Source of the DNA: Camelus dromedarius
Lineage: Eukaryota
Direction: 5' to 3'
Assembly: GCF_036321535.1 (NCBI RefSeq)
Contig: NC_087436.1
Location: forward strand, 37,946,001 to 38,010,000
DNA: 64,000 nucleotides
Of this stretch, positions 53,206-64,000 are shown in pieces. The position numbers and the translations under genes are program-made. The stretch's first letter is position 1, and every line of letters starts with the position of its first letter. The notes beneath the pieces were generated by a model. That model had not been told where the DNA came from. It did no database searches and worked only from the letters and a program-made list of their open reading frames with translations.

Positions 53206-56200
53206 CAGTTTAGTTTCCTCTATAACTGTATGCTTGAGGTTGTAAATAGAAATAACAGGAACTAGAATTGAGAGCAGTTTCTCAAATACATTTTTGTCAC
53301 TAAATGTTACTTATATGTTAATGTTTATAGTATAAGATTTTAAAGACGTATCAGAGAGATGATTGTGTTCCTAAGGTTTTTCTTTGCCTTTGTAAACCCT
53401 GATTTACAGTGATTATGATGGCGCTGGTTGCCTGTGGCCTTGACGCCGGACTGTAACTTGCATAGGAGAGATTACTGATTTGAGACTTGGTGTTCTGGAA
53501 AGTGTGAGGCAGGGCGAACGGGCAAGAGGCTTTGGGGCCTGGTAATCAGATCTGAAGCCCCTCACTTCAGGGTCAGTGGTCGAGCTCGGGCAAGCTGTGA
53601 GTGACATAAACCACTCGTCCGAGAACCGATCCTTATAATGATGGAAAACCGATGGTCTGAAGCTCCTCCGTGGTACTTTCAGAGTATAAAGTATTTTCTG
53701 CCTCAGCAAAAAGTGAAGACATTTGAGAACCGCCGCAAGCTTTAGGACCTCTCTGGAGGGCTCCCTGAGTGCGTGGCTGCAGACCTCTAAAGCCTGTGGC
53801 ACTGGGCTTGACCCAGGTCTCAACCTACCCAGAGTATTCATACCAGAGGCGAGCTGGATCCCAGCCCCCAAAGCCAGCACATCAGTGGGGCAGTTCGAGA
53901 GGCTTCTCAGACTAGTCTCCATGTGCATTACACTGACTTAATCTGAATTACGTTAACTCAAACCTGTGTCATTACCGTGCACATCATACCTGTATGTGCA
54001 TGTATTGTGTACACACATGTAGACACAAGCACCTTTCTTATGCACAGAGTTTGCTGTTGCAGCAACTTTCCATTCAGTGAATGAACATATTCGGTTCACT
54101 CTGCCCGTGTAAGTTACAGTGAACGTTTTGCTGAAATGGATGTGCCTGACTGATCTATTACATACATTTGGCTTTGTAGAGGCAACAGAAGTGAAGGAAC
54201 TAAAATTAACATGTGTTTTTAGACATGTAAGCAGTGTACCAAATCATTGCCCAAAAAATGACATTCCATCTACAATATAGTCTTTAACATGCAGGACAGT
54301 TTATCACCAAGTAGTATATGACTGAGTGCCTGAATTTTGAATTTTTTAAGTATTAAATTCTGTTTCCATTCCCCCATTGGCAGGACATGAGTGCTCTCTC
54401 CGACATCTGTCCTGTCAGGAGCCGTTGCCAGTGCTGCGGCTCTGCGTGCTCCATGGCTGTTCCTTCTTAGGCAAGACTGCTCCCCTCCCCAGCCTCATTG
54501 TTGTGTCTTGGGAAGCCTGGTGTATGTTTTCGTCCCTGTCTGCAGGGGGGTCTTTGGAGATTGGTTCTGTACTTTATCTGATAGGAAGGAAACACATGCC
54601 TCCACTGAACGCTCTCTGAGCATGTGGGCCTCATCATGGCCTGGTTCCTTTACGTGCAAAATAAGAATTATGGTAACTGCATCTTCCGCCAAGCATATTA
54701 TTTATGTTGGTTTGACTCAGACAATATCTGGCTACTAGTAGAAAAACCGTTGCCACTGCACTTACAAAAAGAGAGAGAACAAACTAGGGATTGTACTGGC
54801 AACTCTTACCCGTTAGCATGCTCTGAAGGGACTGGTGTTCGAGGGAAGGTATGAAGTCACATCAGCCTGCTAGAGTCTGTGTAGTACCACCAGAGATTCC
54901 CAGAAGTTTTCACAAAAACTCACCCATTTGTGAAAGAAGATTGAGCTCAGATTTACTTACTGAACAAAACTGTATCAGATAAAAATGCTAAAGAGTGAAG
55001 ATGCTCATTTTATGAATAGGAATAATGTTCTGCAGTTACCTTTGGGATTAAAAAATGTTCATGATATTCAAATTTGGCACACAAAAATGATCCCACTATT
55101 ACAGTAATCCTGTTGTGTCTTTTTTTTTTTTTTTAACATTTTAGGATGACTTACTTTTTGTCAAAACATTTTATGACTCGAGTACATTCAAATATAACAA
55201 GATCTCTGCCAGGACAGCTATGGAATCCTCACCTGTGCAAATAGACAGGCTGTTTTTCTCAGTGTTTTCGAGGCTTGAAAGGGGCAGGTTTCTGCTACTA
55301 GCTCCCTGCCATCTGTGCAGTGTGTTGATTCAGAGATGTAATTTATATTGATGATATGATTTCCTCTGACTTCTGCCCACTCCTTGATGGTTTTGTTTCA
55401 CCTGTTGACATGAACTTGGCGGAAATGACTGCTCTGTTGGCCATGGTTGAATTAGTTGCATGTGTGATAGCACCTTTCTGCTGTGTTCTTATTATTTTCA
55501 AAATTGTGTAATGGGATAAGTATGTTATTCCTTTAGAATTAGATATCCCTTTTCTAAGGCTGTGCATTTACATAATTCCTTTCTCCTACAGACCTCTGAG
55601 TAAACGTTACGGTTTTATTCAAGATGGATTACACTTGCCACCATCACATATGTCAGAAAGTGTGCTTGTTATTTTTGGAAGTAGGCAAGTTGAATTAAAT
55701 CAAGTCTCTGTGGACTGATTGGATCTGCCTCTTAAATGTAGAGTCTGTGACTGTACTGAGTTCTCATTTCACCTCCTCCTCTGTACCCCTATAGTATGCC
55801 CCCTCAGTGGACAGGGACATTTGGTATGGGCTCAATACTGTGTTTCAAGTTGTGTAGCCACAGAAGCTTAAGGTTGATGGACAAGTACACCTCAACTCCA
55901 TCCACTCCACCTGCCTTGTCTTTGCTCTGCAGATCTGTGGACTCTCCCTGAAGACAAGGAGCGCATTTCAAACCTCCTTGTGTTTCCCACAGGTCCTAAC
56001 ACAATGTCTTGCTCAATACGAGTGGGGAACTTTTGCTGATAAATTTACCCTCGATTACATCATCATCTAATCATGGGAATTATCTTGATTGCTGTCAGCT
56101 CACTTGTCAGTAGAGCTTGAAACATTTAAGTTAATGGGTTTGTAAGCTTAAAATTCTAGTTCAAATGTAGGAAAGAACCTTTTTAGAGGAAGTGGTTAAT

Positions 56201-57129
56201 ATTTTTTCTTCCTAAATTTGCCTTTGGTGGTGAATCCCTGTGTCTGAGACTACAGATTTTTTTTAGGAACATCCCACTAGTAAATGAAGCTCCATGGAAC
56301 ATGCAAAAACAAGATAGACTGTGTTCAACTTGTGAGACATACTTTGATTTTTAGTAGTACATTTTGGGGATACAACAACCAAAAATGTTGAAGACAATAT
56401 GTGATGAGAGAATAAGGCAGTTGTATTACCAGCCTGTGCTCTCACAGCTCTGACGAGCTGTTTTCATAATTGGCTTCCATTTGGATTGTTACTTGAAACT
56501 CAGCATTTTTGCCTTGGACACTGTATAAATGTCTGTCTGTGTATGTGTATTTCTTCTATATTTTTGACCATATGTATTTCCCTTCTCTTTTCTTTTCCTT
56601 CTATTTTTATATAATTTGCATTTATATTTCAAAGTTTGATTTGTGATTTTTAAGATAGTGAGCATAATTTTTCCTTACTATAAAATTTTCCTGTTCATAT
56701 GGTTAGTCTTATTTTTATAGGATTTTTAAGAAAAAAAATAAATCTAAACAAACATTATGCAGGGGAAGTAAAATAGTTTCCCTTTAGATAAATAATAATA
56801 CTTTCACTTGACCAGCATTCATTTTCTTCCAAAGATTACAAAGAACATTTTTTACAATGCACAGATCTCATATTCTCAGAATTCTTATCAGCAAATGTAC
56901 TTTCAGCTCCTTTTGAACTCCCTTTATGTGTATAAGAAAAATGCTGCTGTCCAAAAGAACCCTCGCCTCCATTTTCAGACTGGGGTTCTTAGACTGTGTT
57001 GTATGTTATCACTTTTAATAGCCACCCACTGACTTTCAGTTTCTTGTTCATTGATATATAGTGTCATGCTTCAATCTGAGCTAGAAGCACTCTGTCCCTG
57101 GGCTAGGACTGTTGGAATATGATGCGATT

Positions 57130-57469
57130 GGGAAGACGTGGAAGACAGGGAAGGCTTTCATGATAAGTAACGAAAAGTGTAACTTAAAAGGTCTTTAACT
57201 ATAGTCCCATGACAAGAATTTCAGAGGTTGGTCCATGCAGTGGTTCAACAAGGCCTGCAGTGGCCCAGGTCCTCCGTCTCTCCGTCGTCAGCCAGGTCCT
57301 GAGCAGCCGCTCAGGCATCACCTCGGGACACGGTCGGCCTCAGCAGACAGAAGAGGTCTTTCCCCGAATCCCCGGCAGACATACTCTCTTCAGCAACCAC
57401 AGTCATGTCACATGCTCCAGTCTAAACCCATTACTGCAGAGGACATGGAATTGCCATCATTGGCTTTAG
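57130..57469 (-). mobile_element. Old MaLR LTR fragment (MLT1J/K-like)
   Basis: gtcacatgctccagtctaaacccattactg...atggaattgccatcattggctttag resembles older MLT1 LTRs. Confidence 0.5.
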
Positions 57470-57471
57470 CC

Positions 57472-57645
57472 CAGTGCTTCCCAAAGGGTCTTCATATTTA
57501 AAATCACCTGGGGGTCCTTTAAACATGGGGAAGCCCAAGCCACACCCCAGAGCAGTGAAGTTGCACCCTCCGGAGGAAAGGGTCACTGGCAGGAGCAGTT
57601 TTTGAAGCTCCCAGGTGATTCCATGTGCAGGGAGGTTTCAGGCCG
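57472..57645. mobile_element. MER5A/B-like hAT-Charlie MITE
   Basis: cagtgcttcccaaa...aatcacctgggg...ccacaccccag...aagctcccaggtgattc. Confidence 0.7.
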
Positions 57646-58057
57646 AAGTTTAGCCTGGTCAAGATGCCCAGTCTTGGCTGGGCCCGGGAGGCACCTCTTC
57701 CAGAGCACCTGACCGCGGGGCGGGGCGGGGCGGGCGCCTCCAGCCCTGGAGGAAGGCTGCCTTGTTTTTGAGTTCTGGCCTCTCTGCCCGACTGTGTAAC
57801 CTTGGTCATGTTTTAAAGTGAGTATTTCTTCATCTGCTAAGTGAGAACAACCATACCAAATTTGCAGCCTTGCTTAACAACTGAATGGGGAAATAAATCC
57901 TTAAAAGTTCGTAGCACTTTGTCAGCCATGAAGCAAGCGGTCTGTTGACGTGCGCAGTAGTGCCCTGGGGGTAAAGGAGGAGGAGTGGTAAGAGAAGGGG
58001 CAATCCAAGGGATTGTTGCTGCCTAGTGGTTATTTCCATTACAGTTAGTACTTGAGA

Positions 58058-58408
58058 GAAGTTCTCGCTCCTGGTTGCACATCAGAAGAAGTGCCTTGGG
58101 GCGGGGCAGGGGTGGGGGTGTACAGCTCAGTGGCAGAGTGTGCTTAGCAGGCACAAGGTCCTGGGTTCCATCCCCAGTACCTCCATTAAGATAAATAAAT
58201 AAATAAACATGATCCCCACCCCCTCAAAAAAAAAACCAAAAAAAAAAACGGTAAAGAAGCAGCACCTTGGGAGCTTTTAAAAAACACCAATATCTAGCCA
58301 TGCCCAGACCTGTTAAATCAGTTTCTGGGGGTGGGGACCAGGCAGCAATATTTCACAAAAGATTCTCAGGTGGTTTGAATGTGCAGGCAGCTATAAAATC
58401 CCCGGGGC
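58058..58408. mobile_element. MER5A-like MITE interrupted by a SINE
   Basis: gttctc...ctggttgcacatcagaa [SINE] caccttgggagcttttaaaaa...cccagacctgttaaatcag...tctcaggtggtttgaatgtgcag. Confidence 0.7.
58101..58254 (+). mobile_element. tRNA-derived SINE, camelid vic-1-like
   Basis: A box cagctcagtggcag, B box ggttccatccc, (TAAA)n and A tail. Degenerate 17-bp TSD agaagaagtgccttggg (58084-58100) versus agaagcagcaccttggg (58255-58271). Confidence 0.88.
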
Positions 58409-60113
58409 TAGAGATCACGAGAGTGAAAATATGAGGGAAACTTTAGTTCAGTCCGTTTATCTTACTCTTCCAAATGGACCAGTTTGTGTCACCCCTGTGG
58501 CCGCGAGAAAACAAGGTTTTTGAACTACTTTGGGCAATTCTTTGCTTGCTTTATGCCAGAGAAGGTCTTCTGTTACCTCCAGGCCTTCAGTGATAGGACT
58601 TTCTTCCAGCCGGGACACTCACGCAGAGTATTCTGTGGGCCTCAGGAGTGGATTAATTAAAAAGAGACTGAGTGCTTCTTTGTTTCTATTTAAAGTGCAA
58701 ATACAACACTTTGATATAAAAATTATATTCCATTTACTGCGCTTATTTTTAGTTTTCTATGTGTGAATCGTGGAGTTCATTATCCTAGTTTGCAGAAAGT
58801 GTGTTTTCCATTAGCTACAATGCAGAACCAATTATGGATGTGTTGTGTAGAAACCTACTTTAAATATTCTCCCAGCTTTCTGTAGGCTTCCCTAAGAGTT
58901 ATAAGTTTTAGGTGCGTTGTTTACTAGGCCATAGGTATGTTTTGTCATATGTTGAAAGATCACACCAGCTATAAAAATAAGACGGTGAATAAAAAGTCAC
59001 AAAAGCTATAAACATCTGTAAAAGACGTTTTCTAGGGGAGGCTGCTCGTTAGAGGGAAACTCGGTGCATTTTGATTGTGTGCAGCTGGTGGCACTTGAAC
59101 TTGCAGGAACGGGGCTGTTAAGATATAAGGCGGGCTGTCCTGCAGGCCGTGGGGCTGTCCCCTTAGCTGTGTGTAATAGCAGCCCATGGGGCCACCCTGG
59201 CAAACCCTCCTCTAAATTCCGCCTGCAGTTCTGCTGAGACTTGGATGTTTCCTAGGACCAGGCTCTCCTCTTAGGGTCACAAAGCCAGTGTGACTAAAAG
59301 AATTAGTTGGCTCCTAGGGAAAATCGGGCAATTTCCATATGGGCTTCACAGTTTATGCCACCCTGAGGAGCACACGTCGAGGCTGACCTCTGGTCGGTGG
59401 TCAGAGCCACTGCGGGCCGCTGCCTGCAGCTGTCCTTCATTCTTGGAGCATCTGTCAGGGGAGGTACCTAGCGAGGTACAGACGCCAACCCGCTCCCACA
59501 GGCAGCCCCGCCCTTTAGGAGCACAAGAAACCCTCCAGTCGGGACACATCTCTGTGTAAAGGACCTCGGCGTCCCAGGAGCTGGCCCTCTGGAGTGTGCT
59601 GCTCACCTGGCTGCATTTCTGTGGCCGACAGCTGGGCCCGTCAAGGGAGCACTGGGTCGTCTCTGAGAAGCCACTTCTGAGACAGTGCTTCTGACTTCTG
59701 AGATGGCTCAATTTCTACACCATCCGTCTTCCTGAGGTCAGAAATGGTCCTTTTAAAAAAAGGCAGGATCTCTGAAGCAGAAGGAGAATAGTGGTATTTT
59801 AAGTCTTAAAATAACGTGAAAGCAATTTAAATTTTTTTTTAACATTTTATAAGGAAAATTTCAAACTTACAGAAGTAGAGAGGCTAGGATAATAAATCTC
59901 CATGTACCCTCACCCAGGTTCACCCACTTTTTCTTTCCCCATTTATAACCTCCCCACTACCTCCAACCAGAAAGCTTGGGGTTTTTATGTGTAATATCAA
60001 AATAATATTTAATTCTAGGTTTAAGTATAATTATATTACAGAATTTGTTCACTTGCATGATGACAAAATTGAATCATGGACATCCTTTGATCAAAGACAT
60101 TTTTTTCCTAGAC

Positions 60114-60358
60114 CAGTGCTGTTCAAAATATGGCTCAAAAACACAGTTCTGGCCCGCCAACTCTCTGCTTCTGGTCTGTGATAAGCACAGAAATTGTGAG
60201 GAAGTGTTAGAACTTTTACAGCGTTTTGACATTGCTGCCCCTGTAAGTGCACGATCGTGGTTTTAGTAATTCACTTAAAATATATTTTACAAAAGTCTCA
60301 GTCAGCAGTACACTGGGAAAAACACAACCTGTCGCTGCAGACAGTTGGAGAAGCCACC
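60114..60358. mobile_element. MER5C1-like hAT-Charlie MITE
   Basis: cagtgctgttcaaaatatgg...gataagcacagaaattg...tttgacattgc...tattttacaaaagt...cagacagttggagaagccac. Confidence 0.65.
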
Positions 60359-60365
60359 TTGTGTG

Positions 60366-60540
60366 CAGTGCTTCTGCGCTTTTGCCACTCAGGGTGCATC
60401 TGGCAACATCCAGAGGTACTTTGAGTAGTCCCAACTTGGGTGGGGGTGCTCTTGACTTCTAGTGGGTGCACAGGGCAGCACCCCAAAACAAAGAATAACT
60501 TGTTCCTAAATATCAGGAATGCTGAGGCTGAGAAGCCCTG
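60366..60540 (+). mobile_element. MER20 hAT-Charlie MITE (internally deleted)
   Basis: ttttgccactcagggtgcatctggcaac...tctagtgggt...tgcacagggcagcacccc...acaaagaata...gctgaggctgagaagccctg. Confidence 0.8.
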
Positions 60541-63500
60541 CTCCACCGCGGTGGAGCTCTGTGCCTTGTCGGGGAAGGTTTGGCAGATGGGTCTTGCCAG
60601 GGTTCAGGCTGGAGGGAGGCTGACTGCAGATGATCTTTCCTTTCACTTAAGGCGCCATATTCCACTTTGGAAATTAGTGAGACATTTTGCAGATGGAAAA
60701 AATTGAGGGTTAAATGACATTGCCTGAAATCCTTTAAAAGTATAATGCAGCCTTTTTAGTTACAAGTTGCCCATTTCACCTCTGCCTGTTTGTAGTACAT
60801 CCAACAGGAGAAAGTCAGCCACTGCTGTAGCAGGTGAGAAAATGGGAAACTCAAAACTTACAAAATTTTTGTTTATTTAGAAATTTCACAGTGGAGAGAT
60901 TTATAACTTAAGAAAATGGAATCCATGCATTTAAGAAATTCATGATTCATACTTAAGAAATTAATGAACCTCTGCTTCATGAGGTTTTTAAGATTTTCTT
61001 TTAAATTTAGAAATAGGAAATGATCACCTGGCAAAAGCTATAGGCTAAATATTAATAGCTATAAAATGCCTGGATCTAGAAAAAATAATCAAGTGAAATT
61101 AATTTGTAACAAAAAATAACTTTTAATTCTAACACAATTTTGTATGTGTAAGAGAGAGAGAGAACTTATTTCTACATCTGTGTCCTCTTTAGTGAGTTTC
61201 TTCTCTCAGATTGTGTTTGATATCCCAGTTGTTCACATGGAAGTTATTTCATTAACAGCACAGACACTCTGGCCTTGTTACAGCTTTGAGCAAGACAAGT
61301 TGAAGAAAGGTTTGTCCATCAAGTATATTCATGTAAGATGTAATAACTGAGGCGCCACTGTTTCACTCACAAGTTGAACACAAGCAGACTGTGTATGTGT
61401 ATTCAGAGTGCCGCAGGCTCAGTCAGTCCTCACCATACACACTGGTTTGCCTGTGTGCTTTTAATCGCTTACTAATCTTCCTTTCTTAATTGTATCGGGG
61501 TCAGGCTACCAGTGCCATGAAAGACGTTATTAACCATCATCCATGACTTCCTGACACCATTTACACTGACCTCTGACTACAGGGGAAACACACTCATTTG
61601 TTAAATTTTCTGTTTCTATTTGATTGTGGACTAACGTGAAAACAATCATAGAGAATCTTCTTGGTATGTGTTTACATCATGTAGCTAATCTGCCCATGGT
61701 CCATCTTTGTCTTTGGTGGTCTATGTAGTGGGGAGCCTGCTCCTTCACCTCCTGGCAAGCAGTTCTCTCTTTTTTTTAAATATCCGCCCTTAAAGCAGTT
61801 CTTAACTAAACTACCAGGCTTCCAATGAATTTCTGTTTCAAAGAACTTCAACATTCAGATCCTTCCAAGATTTATAAACAGTGTGACTTTTTTTTCTACC
61901 AAGCCCTCTCAAATGATGTTGAAATTCATTAATTCAGTTTATATTGGCAAAAAATATAACATATGAAGTTTCTGTTCTTTTAATAGCACAAAAATACGAC
62001 TGTTTATTAGCTACATCACAAGATGCAGTGCATAGAGCTCTATAAATCTTACCTTCTGAAAGAGTTCTGCCAAATACCGTTTGATTAAAGCTTGACTGTT
62101 GATGAATTCTGCCTTTGACAGATGAGGCAGTGTAGCTGACAAGCAGATCGGCTCCATGTCGTAATGATTCCCCAGTTATGATGACAAAGGACAGGCTCTT
62201 TGTCAGTTAGACTGTATAATCATTCAGAAACAGAATTAATCAAGGACCTAATCATTTTGTCTCTAGTTAAATCCAGCTAATGAGTTAAAATGTGTCATTT
62301 ATACTACGCATTCCACTCTGAAACAGTGTTTTAAGCAATTTCCATAATCCTTCACTGAATCAGATTTTGTGCCCCGATTAAAGACTTCATAATGGAGGGA
62401 AAGATAGAGGAAGAGAAGTAATGAGGTTAAGATGTGATTCAGTTTAACGATGATCGTGTTTGTGTTCTTTGTAGGGGAGAGCGGTGGGGCCTTTGAAAGT
62501 CCAACAGTGTCCAAACACGCTCACACACTGCAGCCCGCCAGCCTGTGGACTGTCTTCCAGTGTGTTCTTGGGGGGGTAGTAGGTGGCTCAGCCTCAACCC
62601 CGCTGCCTCACCTGACAGAAGTTAAAGTCTGCTGTGGCTTCCTAAGCGCCCTCTGTCACATGGTCCCTTGCCGTATCAACCACTAATTCCCTGACCACCA
62701 TCATCCTCAGTGAACCTTATGGCCAGAGTAGGCAGTGGAGATTAGAAATTGAAGTTCTCTTGCACCCTTGCACACAAGCATGGATTCTTCTGGACCATGA
62801 GGTTAGGGCTAAGTTTACTCAGGAATGTTCTAGAGGCAGCAAAGATTTTTTCAGTTTTCAGAGACAGGAACAGGTGCACGTGTCTTTGTGGAAGGATGCT
62901 CTGCACCACCCAGCTGACTCCTTATGCCCGACTGTGCTTACCATGAGAAGGGCGATCTTTCTTTAACATGGCTAAATAGGAGTAATGGAAGAAATCAGTA
63001 AGCAAGGGGCATGAGAGATTCCTTTCTGAGGAAAAAAAATGCATTTATTTCTTCCTGTTTCAGTTCATTTGAAGTTCTTCCATTTGAAATGAGTGACCTG
63101 TGACGTCTTGGCTCTCTCTCCGGTATAAAAGCTGTTTACCGGAGCAGAATGGTTGTAGGGTCCTTTGTGAGCTTCTCTTGGGAGAAAAGCCCCAGGGAAT
63201 CCCTGGCTGCAAATGGTTCTTGGTAGAGAAGAGGGAGTCCAGGCAAATACAGAACTACTTAATCAAATGGGTCCCTCTTCCAGTTGTGATTCTCAGGCTT
63301 TCTGAAGTGAAGGAGCCTTTCTAATATTATAAATTTCACCCCCCACTTTCTTACCAACACACACATATAAACACATGATGGCTTTTAGTGTTTTGTAGGA
63401 GAAAGTACATGGAAGTAATATAATTCAGTGACATTTATAAATGAATATATTAAATTAATCACCGATAGTATCTGTGAACATTTGAAAAATATCAATATGT

Positions 63501-64000
63501 GAGTGAGTGAATGTGTGTGTGTAAGACATTATTCATTCAGTCTGAGCCAATGCATGATACAGATGTGGGCTTTTCAACCTCTGGTGATAATTGCAGAGCC
63601 CCGTGCCCCACCGGCATCTCTGGAGACTGTCTGGGAACCTCTAGGTCTCCACAGGGCCGTCTCTAGGATGCTGACCTAGACGGTACCTCCTGAGAGGAAA
63701 CCGAGGAATGAGTGAGAGGGATGTTCTTAACCAGAGATGCTCAGATCTTGCTTTTCACTGCCTCCTCTTCCCTGAAACTTCCTCTCACTCTCTTAAGATG
63801 TTCTGTCTTAGATTGTTCTCTGCCTGACATTTACCTGCCACTGGCAGCTGCCACAGTGATGTGCCTCTCACTTCTTTACAAGATCTGGTTTTAAAGATAA
63901 ATTGCAGAGAGAAGAGCTTTCTTTTTTTTCCCCTTCTCATTATACATCTTATTGATATATTTTATATGTTTTTAAAATTTAAGTTTAAGTAAAATTTTTT

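Noticed and set aside
53413..53928. 171-aa minus-strand ORF (longest in the track)
   Set aside because: No recognisable protein family, and it appears to overlap MIR-like remnants.

Overview
This is mammalian genomic DNA. Two tRNA-derived SINEs resembling the camelid vic-1 family suggest a camelid (camel, alpaca or llama). The window lies entirely inside the + strand gene PRDM5 (PR/SET-domain C2H2 zinc-finger transcription factor). Six coding exons with canonical AG/GT boundaries (361-445, 1663-1820, 12740-12833, 16594-16754, 19888-19981, 38297-38382) splice in frame to 678 nt / 226 aa encoding eight consecutive C2H2 fingers ([10 protein letters not shown]...MHIRTHTR). By my recollection of the human gene model these are exons 9-14. 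The next exon (EKPYKC...) was not seen before the window ends. The rest is intron containing typical eutherian repeats (L1, L2, MIR, MaLR/ERV1 LTRs, hAT and Tigger DNA transposons). Repeat family names are from recalled consensus sequences, not a database search. Apart from 12695-12931, which reads through exon 11 in frame, the ORF-track entries look like non-coding noise or decayed repeat remnants. I found no convincing new biological system. The best second-look items are an apparent duplicated two-exon/three-finger module, exons that begin with a 5' splice-site motif (recursive-splicing candidates), nested transposon insertions with target-site duplications, a 24-bp perfect palindrome and a pair of G-quadruplex motifs.
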